64,000 nt of DNA. Source: Gemmatimonadota bacterium. GTDB taxonomy: Bacteria > Gemmatimonadota > Gemmatimonadetes > Palauibacterales > Palauibacteraceae. The position numbers were made by a program, and so were the translations under genes. The DNA lies in contig JAJDWE010000001.1 of assembly GCA_022825725.1 (NCBI GenBank), positions 7,243 through 71,242 of the forward strand. Direction: 5' to 3'. Shown piece by piece: positions 25,285 through 34,128 of this stretch (its first letter is position 1; each line of letters opens with the position of its first letter). A model generated the notes under the pieces. It was not told where the DNA came from. It worked only from the letters and a program-made list of their open reading frames with translations, and did no database searches.

Positions 25285-25755
25285 ATGAAGATCTCGGTCG
25301 GCGACCGCGCGCAGCCGTTCACGCTGCCTTACGAAGCCGGAGGAACGATCGATCTGGGGGACTACCTCGGCCGTGACCGGATCGTGCTCCTCTTCTTCCC
25401 TCTTGCTTTCACCTCGGTCTGCACGGCCGAGATGTGCCGGCTCCGGGATGGGTGGAGCGCCTACGCGTCGCTCGACGCCGCCGTGTTCGCGATCTCCGTG
25501 GACAGCCCGTTCGTCACCTCGCGATTCAGGGCCGAGGAGAGCATCCCCTTCCCCATCCTCTCCGATTTCAACCGCACGGTTTCACGTGACTGGGGCGTGC
25601 TGTACGAGGAGTTTCACGGATTCCAGGGCGTCTCCAAGCGGTCGGCTTTCGTGATCGGGACGGACGGCAAGGTGGCGTACGCGTGGGTGTCGGAGGACGC
25701 GGGCGTCGAACCGGACTATGAGGAACTCCTGCAAGCGGTTGCCGACGCACCCTGA
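25285..25755 (+). CDS. peroxiredoxin (AhpC/TSA family, AhpE/BCP-like)
   Basis: LLFFPLAFTSVCTAEMC carries the peroxidatic Cys motif (T..C). SVDSPF...FPILSDF... is also typical. Start taken at the internal ATG at 25285 (MKISVGDRAQPF). Confidence 0.85.
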   Translation: MKISVGDRAQPFTLPYEAGGTIDLGDYLGRDRIVLLFFPLAFTSVCTAEMCRLRDGWSAYASLDAAVFAISVDSPFVTSRFRAEESIPFPILSDFNRTVSRDWGVLYEEFHGFQGVSKRSAFVIGTDGKVAYAWVSEDAGVEPDYEELLQAVADAP

Positions 25756-25790
25756 GGACAGAGACGAACAGCAGCCACGGAGACGATCCG

Positions 25791-26135
25791 ATGTCGATAC
25801 CGCTCCCGCAGCAGCAGTGCATTCCCTGTCGAGGCGGGGTCCCACCCCTGGAGGGAGAGGCCCTCGACGCGCTTGCGAAGGAACTCGGGGCCGACTGGAG
25901 GGTCGTGGACGGCCACCACCTCGAGAAGGAGTACCGCTTCCCGAACTTCGTGACGGCGCTCGACTTCGTGAATCGCGTGGGCGGGATGGCGGAGGAGCAG
26001 AACCATCACCCGGACCTGTTCCTCACGTGGGGACGGGTCGTCGTCCGGATCTGGACGCACAAGATCGACGGGCTGACGGAGAGTGATTTCGTGTTCGCGG
26101 CGAAGGCGGAAACGCTGCACCGACCCCACGCGTGA
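25791..26135 (+). CDS. 4a-hydroxytetrahydrobiopterin (pterin-4-alpha-carbinolamine) dehydratase
   Basis: W....gh.LEKEYRFPNFVTALDFVNRVGGMAEEQNHHPDL...W.RV.V..WTH...GLTE.DF is the canonical PCD signature. Confidence 0.9.
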   Translation: MSIPLPQQQCIPCRGGVPPLEGEALDALAKELGADWRVVDGHHLEKEYRFPNFVTALDFVNRVGGMAEEQNHHPDLFLTWGRVVVRIWTHKIDGLTESDFVFAAKAETLHRPHA

Positions 26136-27376
26136 AGCACACGACATCCCCGTCCCCGACAGCCATCGAGGAGCCCGGCGGCCGCGGACGACGGATCGGC
26201 GCCTACAGGGGCGCCGAGCCCGGGCCGCTCGTCATCTGTATCGCCGCCCTGCACGGGAACGAGCCGGCGGGTATCGGGGCGCTGGAACGGGTACTCGGAG
26301 TTCTCTCGGCGAACCGGGTTCGGATGCGCGGGGACCTGGTGGGTCTCCTCGGCAATCGGCAGGCGCACAAAGCGGGCACGCGGTTCATCGATGAGGATCT
26401 CAACCGCGTGTGGCAGCGCGACCGCGTGGACGCGTTGCTGGAATCGCTCGGCTCCGGAGGATCGACGCGGGACGGAGACGGAGCGCCGATGGTGGGAAGC
26501 GCCGAGTTGGCGGAACAACGGGATCTGCTGGCGGCTTTCCAGTCGGAACACCGGCGCGCGCGCGGGCCCATCCACGTACTCGACCTGCATACCACGTCAT
26601 CGGAAAGCGCGCCCTTCACGACGCTTGGGGACACGCTTCAAAACCGGGCACTCGCGCTCCGCCTTCCCGTCCCGGTGGTCCTGGGACTGGAAGAGCAGTT
26701 CGACGGGGCCATGCTTCACTACTTCGACCGCATGGGCTGGGTGAACATCGGCATCGAGGCAGGGCAGCACGAGGCCGCGTCGTCCATCGACGCGCACGAG
26801 GAGGCCGTGTGGATCCTGCTCGAGGCTCTCGGACTGATCGACGAGGAAAACGCCCCCGGGAGGGGAGACAGGAGAGCTCGTCTCGCCCGCCGCGCGGAGG
26901 GTCTGCCGCGCGTGCTGGACGTCCACTATCGCCACGTGGTGTCGGAAGAGGACGAATTCCGGATGCACCCGGGGTTCAGGAACTTCGATGTCGTCGAGGC
27001 GGGGCGGGAACTCGGCGCGGATCGGTGCGGACCGGTGCGAACGGCGCTCGCGGGCCGCGTTTTTCTCCCGCTCTACCAGCGACAGGGAGACGACGGTTTC
27101 TTCATCGTCCGGCAGCGCGCTCGCGTTTGGCTGACGGTGTCCTGGATTCTGCGGACGGCCGGCGCGGATCGCGTCGCCGCCTGGCTTCCGGGAGTACGGC
27201 CGCATCCCGCGCGGAGCGACGCCGTCGTCCTGGCGCGGTGGACCCGCAACCGATGGGTGATCGGGCTCCTCCACCTCCTCGGGTTCACCGCCCGGGGCGA
27301 GAGCGGCGGGGCGGTGATGGTGCGACGCCCGGAAAGGCCCGCCCGCCAGCCGGAGTCTGCGTCGACGGGCGGTTAG
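26132..27376 (+). CDS. succinylglutamate desuccinylase/aspartoacylase (AstE/AspA) family zinc hydrolase
   Basis: The GTG start overlaps the PCD stop (GTGA). Contains AALHGNEPAG (H..E zinc site), GNRQA...RFIDEDLNR and VLDLHTTSS. Confidence 0.75.
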   Translation: MKHTTSPSPTAIEEPGGRGRRIGAYRGAEPGPLVICIAALHGNEPAGIGALERVLGVLSANRVRMRGDLVGLLGNRQAHKAGTRFIDEDLNRVWQRDRVDALLESLGSGGSTRDGDGAPMVGSAELAEQRDLLAAFQSEHRRARGPIHVLDLHTTSSESAPFTTLGDTLQNRALALRLPVPVVLGLEEQFDGAMLHYFDRMGWVNIGIEAGQHEAASSIDAHEEAVWILLEALGLIDEENAPGRGDRRARLARRAEGLPRVLDVHYRHVVSEEDEFRMHPGFRNFDVVEAGRELGADRCGPVRTALAGRVFLPLYQRQGDDGFFIVRQRARVWLTVSWILRTAGADRVAAWLPGVRPHPARSDAVVLARWTRNRWVIGLLHLLGFTARGESGGAVMVRRPERPARQPESASTGG

Positions 27377-27382
27377 CGACCC

Positions 27383-30300
27383 GTGGCTCGTCGCCGACCC
27401 CGGTTCGGAACTGGCGCCGCCGCGGTCGCGCTCGCGGGCACCGCCGCGTGGGTGGTCGCGTGCGGGACGGAGGTCACGCCGCCGGAGCCCCCGAAAAACC
27501 GCAGCCCGGTGGCGGTGGACGCCCTGCCCGACCTCGACGTGCGGCTCGGGCATCCGGCCGTCATCGACGCCGCCGCCTGGTTCCGCGATCCGGACGGCGA
27601 TGCGCTGACGTTCGCCGCGCGATCCCTCGACGCCGGCGTGGCCCGCGCGACGGCCGCCGGGAGTCAAGTGACGGTGGAAGGGGTCGAACCGGGGTCCGCA
27701 ACGGTGGAGGTCACGGCCCGCGATGGTGGCGGGCTCTCGGTCGCGCAGCGCTTCGAGGCGACAGTCGGAGCCGGCGTCGCACTCTCCTTCGGCGTCGCGC
27801 AGGCGCGGGAGGGCGGCACCGCGCGAGTCGAAGTCGTGCTCGACGAGGCTGCGGCGTCGCCGCTGACCATGCGCTATTCGCTGGGCGTCGATGACGCGCG
27901 GCTGACGGATGACGCGGATTCGGCGGACGTCCTGGATGCGGGCGGGGGCGAGGTCGAAGTCCCCGCGGGAGCGACCGGCGCCGTCATCGAGATCCAGATC
28001 GCCGACGACGATGAGATCGAGCCGCCCCGGGAGGTCCTAACGCTCACACTCGACCGGCCCGCGACCGGGAGCGGCTTCGTGCTCGCCCCTCCTTCGAGCG
28101 CCGCGGTGGTCATCCGGGAGGGCGTGTGCGACCGGACGGCCGCCGTGCGCAACGCCATCGTGCGCGGGCTCCGGGCCGATGACTGCACTGCGCCCGACGG
28201 TCAGGCTCTGGCCGAACTCCGCACACTGAGGATCAGGCCGAGGGAGCCGGGCCTCGAGGCCGGCCCCGGGACGATCCTCGGCGGACTGCGCCCGGCGGAC
28301 CTGAGCGCCCTCTCCGGCCTGGAATGGCTCTCGCTCCAGGGCTACCGGCTGGGAGCCCTGCCCCGCGGCGCGTTCTCCGATCTCTCCAGTCTCGAGGTGC
28401 TCAATCTCGCGGGAAACCTGCTTGCCGACCTGCCGCCGGGCGTATTCGCCGGCCTCCGCAGGCTCGAATGGCTCTCCCTGGTCGACAATCGGCTGCAGGC
28501 GCTTCCGGCGGGCGTATTCGGCGATCTCGCCGGTCTGCGGGAACTCTACCTGCAGGACAACGAACTGCGCGCCCTGCCCCCCGGCGCGCTCACGGGCCTG
28601 CGGAGCCTGGAGCGGCTGACGCTGGGGGGGAACGAGACCGCCTTCGCCTTCCCCGTGCGGCTTGTGCGAACGGACGACGAGGACCCGACGGCTCCGGGCC
28701 CCGCCACGATCGAGGCCCGGATACTGGAGGGCGCGCCCTTCGATGTCCGGCTCCCGCTTCTCGCCCAAGGGGGGACGCTCTCGGTCGACTCGGTCCTGGT
28801 GCGCGCGGGCACCACGGCGAGCGCCGCCGTGACGCTCACTCCCGACGACGACGCCGATGCCCCGGTCTCCGTGACCGTCGGAACGGAAGAGGCGCTTACC
28901 GAAGCCTGCGCCGATCGTTGCGACGGTTTCGATCTCGTCGCGGGGGACCCGCTCGTCGTGTCGAACCCCGCGTCGGTCACGATGTCCGTGCCCCATGCGT
29001 ACCTCACGCAGGCGGCCCAGGACCGGGAGAGCGGCGTGCCGCTCGTCGCGAACCGGCGCGCCCTGCTTCGCGTCTTCGCGACGGCCGATGAAGTCAACGG
29101 CTTCCTGCCGGGAGCCACGGCGACCTTCTTCCACGACGGAGTGGAGAAGTATCGGACCGAACTCGACCCTCCGGGGGGAGGGATCCCGCTCGCGGTCGAC
29201 GAGAGCCGGCTCGAAAGGTCCTTCAACGCCGTCATACCGGGCCGCGTGCTACAGCCGGGCGTGAGCATGGTCGTGGAACTCGATCCGGACGGGGCGCTCC
29301 CCCTGACCTCCTCGAGCCGTTCCCGGTTCCCGGCCGAGGGCCGGCACGATCTCGACGTTCGGCAGATGCCCCCGCTGCGCGTGACCCTCGTTCCCGTGCA
29401 GTACCATTCGGAGGAAAACCGGGAGGTGAATCCGGGCGTCGCGGCGTTCGCGAGCGAACTCGCGGCGGCGGGGATGGACGGGGGTTCGGCCGTCGCCCGG
29501 AGCGTGCTGCGTTACGCCCGCACGGTGCTGCCGGCCGGCGACCTGCAGGTGACGCTCCGCGAACCCTACCATACGTGGGCGGACACCTCCGAGGCGGGGA
29601 TCGTCGGCCTCATCGGCGAGATCGAACTGCTCCGGATGATGGAGGCGGACGACCCCCGGGAGCACTACACCGGGATCTTCGGAGTCCCGAAACCGCTCTC
29701 GCGGCACCCCGACGCGTACTGGACCGACGGGCTCGGGATGCTGGGCGGGCGAAGCTCTCTCACGGGCTCGCACGGTCCGGACGGCCTGCTGCAGAGGACG
29801 GGTCGCCTCCGCCTCGTGTTCGCGCACGAGCTGGGGCACAACCTCGGGCGCCCGCACACCCCCTGTGACGCGCCCATCACCGATCCCGGGGCGGTGGATC
29901 CCGACTATCCGTGGCCGGATGGCCGGATCGGGGTGTGGGGACACGACTTCGGGGACAGCCGCGACGACAATGGCGGTGACGGAGCCGGCCTCGGGCATCT
30001 GTTCAATCCGGAGGGGTACCACGACCTGATGTCCTACTGCTATCCGCAGTGGATCAGCGACTACACCTTCACGAAGATGCTGGAGTTCCGCCTCGAGGAC
30101 GCCGGCCGAGCCGGGATCTCGGCGTCGTCGCGCACGGCGAATCGGGGAAGCTCGCGGGGCGACATGCTCCTGCTCTGGGGTGGCGTGGACGCTGGCGAAC
30201 TGCGGCTGGAACCCGCCTTCGTGTACCCGACGACCGCACGTCTTCCCTCGTCGGCGGGTCCGTACCGCCTGTCGGGCCGCGATGCGGCGGGACGGATCCT

Positions 30301-30613
30301 CTTCTCGCTCAGCTTCGCACCGACTTCGCTCGCCCACGGGACCGATGATGAGAACCGCGCATTCGCATTCGCGATCCCCTTCGATCCCGCGTGGACCGGG
30401 ACTCTCGACCGCTTGACGCTGCGGGGCCCCGAAGGCTCCGCGACAGTGGACCGCTCCCGGGGTGGCCGCGCGAGGCTGATCATCGACCGCAACGCGGGCC
30501 GCATCCGCGGCATCGTCCGCCATTGGCCCGGCCGGCTTCCACCGGCCCTGGCCCCGGATCGCGCGGTGCTGGACGTTGGCCGCGGACTGCCTCGCCTCGG
30601 GACCTCGCGCTGA
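27383..30613 (+). CDS. large multidomain lipoprotein: cadherin/He_PIG-like Ig domain + Calx-beta-like domain + leucine-rich repeats + metzincin-type zinc protease domain
   Basis: Signal peptide with lipobox VVAC. DPDGDALTF in an Ig-like module. IEIQIADDDEIEPPREVLTLTL is Calx-beta-like. Five 24-residue LRRs at about 28311-28640 (L..L..L.L..N.L..LP.G.F.G). HELGHNLGRPH (29825-29857, HExxHxxGxxH) has a downstream candidate Met-turn, DLMSYCY. Confidence 0.75.
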   Translation: MARRRPRFGTGAAAVALAGTAAWVVACGTEVTPPEPPKNRSPVAVDALPDLDVRLGHPAVIDAAAWFRDPDGDALTFAARSLDAGVARATAAGSQVTVEGVEPGSATVEVTARDGGGLSVAQRFEATVGAGVALSFGVAQAREGGTARVEVVLDEAAASPLTMRYSLGVDDARLTDDADSADVLDAGGGEVEVPAGATGAVIEIQIADDDEIEPPREVLTLTLDRPATGSGFVLAPPSSAAVVIREGVCDRTAAVRNAIVRGLRADDCTAPDGQALAELRTLRIRPREPGLEAGPGTILGGLRPADLSALSGLEWLSLQGYRLGALPRGAFSDLSSLEVLNLAGNLLADLPPGVFAGLRRLEWLSLVDNRLQALPAGVFGDLAGLRELYLQDNELRALPPGALTGLRSLERLTLGGNETAFAFPVRLVRTDDEDPTAPGPATIEARILEGAPFDVRLPLLAQGGTLSVDSVLVRAGTTASAAVTLTPDDDADAPVSVTVGTEEALTEACADRCDGFDLVAGDPLVVSNPASVTMSVPHAYLTQAAQDRESGVPLVANRRALLRVFATADEVNGFLPGATATFFHDGVEKYRTELDPPGGGIPLAVDESRLERSFNAVIPGRVLQPGVSMVVELDPDGALPLTSSSRSRFPAEGRHDLDVRQMPPLRVTLVPVQYHSEENREVNPGVAAFASELAAAGMDGGSAVARSVLRYARTVLPAGDLQVTLREPYHTWADTSEAGIVGLIGEIELLRMMEADDPREHYTGIFGVPKPLSRHPDAYWTDGLGMLGGRSSLTGSHGPDGLLQRTGRLRLVFAHELGHNLGRPHTPCDAPITDPGAVDPDYPWPDGRIGVWGHDFGDSRDDNGGDGAGLGHLFNPEGYHDLMSYCYPQWISDYTFTKMLEFRLEDAGRAGISASSRTANRGSSRGDMLLLWGGVDAGELRLEPAFVYPTTARLPSSAGPYRLSGRDAAGRILFSLSFAPTSLAHGTDDENRAFAFAIPFDPAWTGTLDRLTLRGPEGSATVDRSRGGRARLIIDRNAGRIRGIVRHWPGRLPPALAPDRAVLDVGRGLPRLGTSR

Positions 30614-30669
30614 ACTCGGCGTATCGACGCCGTTTGACGGTCGCCGCGGGGGGTTCCATCCTTCCGGGA

Positions 30670-31551
30670 ATGCAAAAGACCACTCGTAAGCAGCGGCTGG
30701 GTCTCGGCGTTCTCCTGGTCTGCCTGGCGTCGCCGGGCACGGCCGCGGCTCAGAGCGTCTTTGCCTCCATGCAGTCCGCGACGCTGCCGACCGCAGCCCC
30801 GTCTCGCGCGGGCAACCTGCATATCGAGATCTCCCACCGGTTCGGCTACCTGTCCGGGGGCGCAAGCGACCTTTGGGGACTCGACGGATTCGTGCTGAAT
30901 CGCCTCGGGTTGGCGTTCACACCGGAGGACCATCTCACGATTGGCGTACTTCGGTCCAACAGCCTGGAGTTCAACGCGCGCTTCGCCGGGATGGCCCTCG
31001 ATGGCGCCACCGGTCCCATCGAGTTCGCCGCGCAGACCGGGGTGGCGTGGAACCTGCAAGACACACCGGCAGACGACGGCCACGCCGGCCACGGGCACGC
31101 GCTCGTGCCCCGTAGCAGCGTGGTTGCGGGCGGCCGCGACAACGCCACGGCCGAGTCAAACGAGATGCAGGCGTACTTCCAGGCGATCGCCAACACGAGG
31201 GTCCACGACCGCATCGCACTCGGCGTCGTGCCCACCCTTCTCTGGAATCCCCGAATCGAGGACCGGGACCGGGAGACCACGGTTTCGGTCGGCGTGAACG
31301 GCCAGCTTTACCTCAGCCGCATGTGGAGCCTCTTCGGCGAGTGGATCTTCAGCAGCGCAAGGGAGGGTCAGGAATACGATTCCGCCTCCTTCGGCATCGA
31401 AATCCGCACGCCGGGGCACTTCTTCAAGATCGTGGTCACGAATCAGCACCAGATGAACCCGACGCAGACGCTCGCGGGGTCCGCCGAGGACTTCCTTGAC
31501 GCGAGTTCGTGGCGCCTCGGATTCAACATCCAGAGAAGACTCCGGCTCTAG
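30670..31551 (+). CDS. DUF5777-like membrane beta-barrel protein
   Basis: Start at internal ATG 30670, giving signal peptide LGLGVLLVCLASPGTAAAQ. Has an HRFG motif near the N-terminus (HIEISHRFGYL...LWGLDG), alternating beta pattern, and C-terminal WRLGFNIQRRLRL. Confidence 0.5.
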   Translation: MQKTTRKQRLGLGVLLVCLASPGTAAAQSVFASMQSATLPTAAPSRAGNLHIEISHRFGYLSGGASDLWGLDGFVLNRLGLAFTPEDHLTIGVLRSNSLEFNARFAGMALDGATGPIEFAAQTGVAWNLQDTPADDGHAGHGHALVPRSSVVAGGRDNATAESNEMQAYFQAIANTRVHDRIALGVVPTLLWNPRIEDRDRETTVSVGVNGQLYLSRMWSLFGEWIFSSAREGQEYDSASFGIEIRTPGHFFKIVVTNQHQMNPTQTLAGSAEDFLDASSWRLGFNIQRRLRL

Positions 31552-31557
31552 CGGTCA

Positions 31558-31594
31558 CCGGGTTCGCGCGACCCGGACCGGGTTCACGGCCCGG
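31558..31594. terminator. two adjacent GC hairpins between convergent genes
   Basis: CCGGGT-tcgcgcg-ACCCGG (31558-31576) and CCGGG-ttcacgg-CCCGG (31578-31594). No U-run. Confidence 0.25.
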
Positions 31595-31623
31595 ATAGCT
31601 GACGGTCGCGAGGACGCGCCGCC

Positions 31624-32793
31624 CTACTGATTCATGGCCGTTCCCGGCCCGCTCGCGGCGGAGACGGCGCCGCGCCGTGGCGCCCGAGCGTCGCCGGGAG
31701 CCCCCACGCTGCGGACCGACTCGGGGCGATGGTCGGAGGGAAAGAACTGCTGGTACCACCGCCGCAGACGCATCACCGGCCCGTCGTCACGGCAGAGCAT
31801 CGGGGGTGCCATGAAGGCCTTGTCCTGCCAGATATGGACATCGTTGCGCCACTGGGAAACCCAGTTCCCCACCGTGTACCACACCAGGAGTCTCGGAACC
31901 CTGCGATCGGCGAACCAGTGAAAGTGGACCTGCTGTTCGAGCGGCGCGACCGGAAGCTGGGTCTGGATGATCTCGACATCGCCGACGCCGGGAAACGCAA
32001 TCCTGAGGTTCAGGATGCTCCCGGCACCCGTGTACGTGACTCGAGTCTTCGCCCGGGTACGCTCGATACGATGGCCGAAAACCCTGAGCACGGTCTCGAG
32101 GAGAACCGGCATCCGCCAGGGTTCCCGGTCGTCGTCGAAGTCCAGGCGCGCCGAGTGTTCGAGTTCCACGCCGGGGACCGGAATCTGCGTCCAGGGAACG
32201 TTCATTCGGTTATGGAGATACGTGAAGTGCGCGGGGTCCGCGGCATTCTCGATGAGTTCGATCATGTGCATGCGAACGCGACCGGCGTCGTGGTGTCCGT
32301 GAAAGACAAAACTCCCGTCATCGACTTCCGGGATGCGGGGGACCGGGTGTGGGACCTCTTCGCCGGCCTGTTGTCGGGTTCCGCCGCCCCGATGATACAT
32401 GAAGATCTGTCCGTGCACCTCCTGCACGGGGAAACTCTCGGTAGCTACGCGGGTGGGCACCGTATCGCTGTAGGGCACGTGGGCCGCTCGCCCGTCGTCC
32501 GTGAACTGCCAGGCGTGAAATGGACACTCGATACGGTTCCTGCAGACGCGGCCGTGTGCGAGGTTCGCGCCGAGGTGAGGACAGAACGCGGACATCGCGA
32601 ATACGTCGTCCGCATCCTCGCTGCGCCAAACGACCAATGCTCGGCCCAGACACTCGATGTAGCGCACCTGCCCGCGCCGAAGCGATTTCGAACCGAGCAC
32701 CCGGTACCAGCCGTCGGGATAGGGCGGAGGGTAGCTGGCGAGGCGCAGATCATGTGAGTACGGAAGGGTTGGACCCGCTGTTTTCCGGCGCAT
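31624..32793 (-). CDS. Rieske [2Fe-2S] non-heme iron oxygenase (KshA/Neverland-like alpha subunit)
   Basis: Rieske motif CPHLGANLAHG...(17)...CPFHAWQF. Mononuclear iron motif ENAADPAHFTYLH (D..H....H). Confidence 0.8.
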   Translation of the reverse strand: MRRKTAGPTLPYSHDLRLASYPPPYPDGWYRVLGSKSLRRGQVRYIECLGRALVVWRSEDADDVFAMSAFCPHLGANLAHGRVCRNRIECPFHAWQFTDDGRAAHVPYSDTVPTRVATESFPVQEVHGQIFMYHRGGGTRQQAGEEVPHPVPRIPEVDDGSFVFHGHHDAGRVRMHMIELIENAADPAHFTYLHNRMNVPWTQIPVPGVELEHSARLDFDDDREPWRMPVLLETVLRVFGHRIERTRAKTRVTYTGAGSILNLRIAFPGVGDVEIIQTQLPVAPLEQQVHFHWFADRRVPRLLVWYTVGNWVSQWRNDVHIWQDKAFMAPPMLCRDDGPVMRLRRWYQQFFPSDHRPESVRSVGAPGDARAPRRGAVSAASGPGTAMNQ

Positions 32794-32862
32794 CGCGGAT
32801 CGTAACGAAGCAAGCGCATGAAATCAATGCGTTAATCCCGAAGACAGGCGCCGTGCCGAAGA

Positions 32863-34128
32863 CTACGCGAGGATTGCGAGGACCTGCCGTAGCGCGTCGA
32901 TGTCGCGCGGTTCGTTGTAGACGTTGGGCGAGACGCGCAGAGCATCTCCACGCAGCGAGGCGTAGACGCGGGCCTCGGCGAGGCGGGCGTCCACTTCGGC
33001 GAGGTCGAAGCCCGCGGGGAGGCGGACGCCGAGGATGTTTCCGGTGCGCCATTCGTCGTCCTCGATCGCCCAGCCGCGGACCCGCAGTTCGTCCGCCAGC
33101 CCGGCGAGGAGCGCACGGCAGTACTCCAGGATGTTCGCCGGGCCCCATGCGAGAATGAGGTCCAGCGCTTCGATCAACATGGGGATGAGGATGAAGTTGG
33201 ATGTCTGGCCAACATCGTATCGGGCGGCCCCTCCCCTGTATTCGTCGGTGTAGTCCACGAGACCCTGAAAGTCCTCGGAACCGCGCCGCGAGATCCACGT
33301 TTCCTCGAGCGGCGCGCCGTCATCGAAGCGGGGACCGTAGTAGCCGAAAGCGGTCGAATAGGGCCCGAGGAGCCACTTGTACCCGACGGTGATCAACGCG
33401 TCCGGACGAATGTGCTCCACGTCGAACGGTACGGCGCCGATGGATTGTGAGCCGTCTATGACGAGCGCGGCGCCGACTTCGCGCGCCCGTTCCCCGGCCG
33501 CTTCAAGGTCGATCCGGGTGCCGTCCGTCCAGTGGCAGTGAGGCAGCGCCACGACGGCGGTGTCCGGCCCGATCGCTTCAAGCAGCCGCTCGTTCCAGAG
33601 CGCGGCGGACGGGGGCGGCCCGGGACGGTCGACGGTTCGAACGTCGCACCCGTGGGCCGCCGCCTGGCGCCGCCAGGCGTAGACGTTGCTCGGGAATTGT
33701 TCGCCGAGGACAACGATGTTCTGCCCCGGTTCGAGCGGAAGATTCCGGGCCGCGACCTCGATGCCGTAGGACGCGGAGGGTGCGAGCGCGATCCGCTCCG
33801 GCGCAGCGTTGACGAGGCGCCCGAAGCGCTCTCGGGCGCGACCGCAGTCCGTGAAGAACGCCTCGCTCGGGAAGGGCGTGGGCGAGCACTTGCGGCGGAT
33901 TCCCTCCATCCCGGCCTCCGCGACCGAGCGCGGAAGGGGTCCGAGATAGGCGCAGTTGAGGAAGTGTGCGCCCTCTTCCAGTTGGAAGAGGTGCTTCCGG
34001 CACGCAAGCGTGGACTCCACCGCGATGTTCACCCGGCTGTCCGTCTCATTGGCTTCGACCCGTCCGGCGTCGCGGCCGTCCAAAGCTTCGTCATGAGGGA
34101 GCGACTCCCGCTGGGGGTTCAATTTCAA
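32863..34128 (-). CDS. class V aminotransferase-fold PLP-dependent enzyme
   Basis: FLNCAYLGPLP..., SASYGIE...., ALPHCHWTDG, ALVIDGSQSIGAVP and GYKWLLGPYS (Lys in the Schiff-base region) are typical of the class V fold. The TTG start at 34128 overlaps menE by 38 nt. An alternative GTG start is at 34032. Confidence 0.7.
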   Translation of the reverse strand: MKLNPQRESLPHDEALDGRDAGRVEANETDSRVNIAVESTLACRKHLFQLEEGAHFLNCAYLGPLPRSVAEAGMEGIRRKCSPTPFPSEAFFTDCGRARERFGRLVNAAPERIALAPSASYGIEVAARNLPLEPGQNIVVLGEQFPSNVYAWRRQAAAHGCDVRTVDRPGPPPSAALWNERLLEAIGPDTAVVALPHCHWTDGTRIDLEAAGERAREVGAALVIDGSQSIGAVPFDVEHIRPDALITVGYKWLLGPYSTAFGYYGPRFDDGAPLEETWISRRGSEDFQGLVDYTDEYRGGAARYDVGQTSNFILIPMLIEALDLILAWGPANILEYCRALLAGLADELRVRGWAIEDDEWRTGNILGVRLPAGFDLAEVDARLAEARVYASLRGDALRVSPNVYNEPRDIDALRQVLAILA

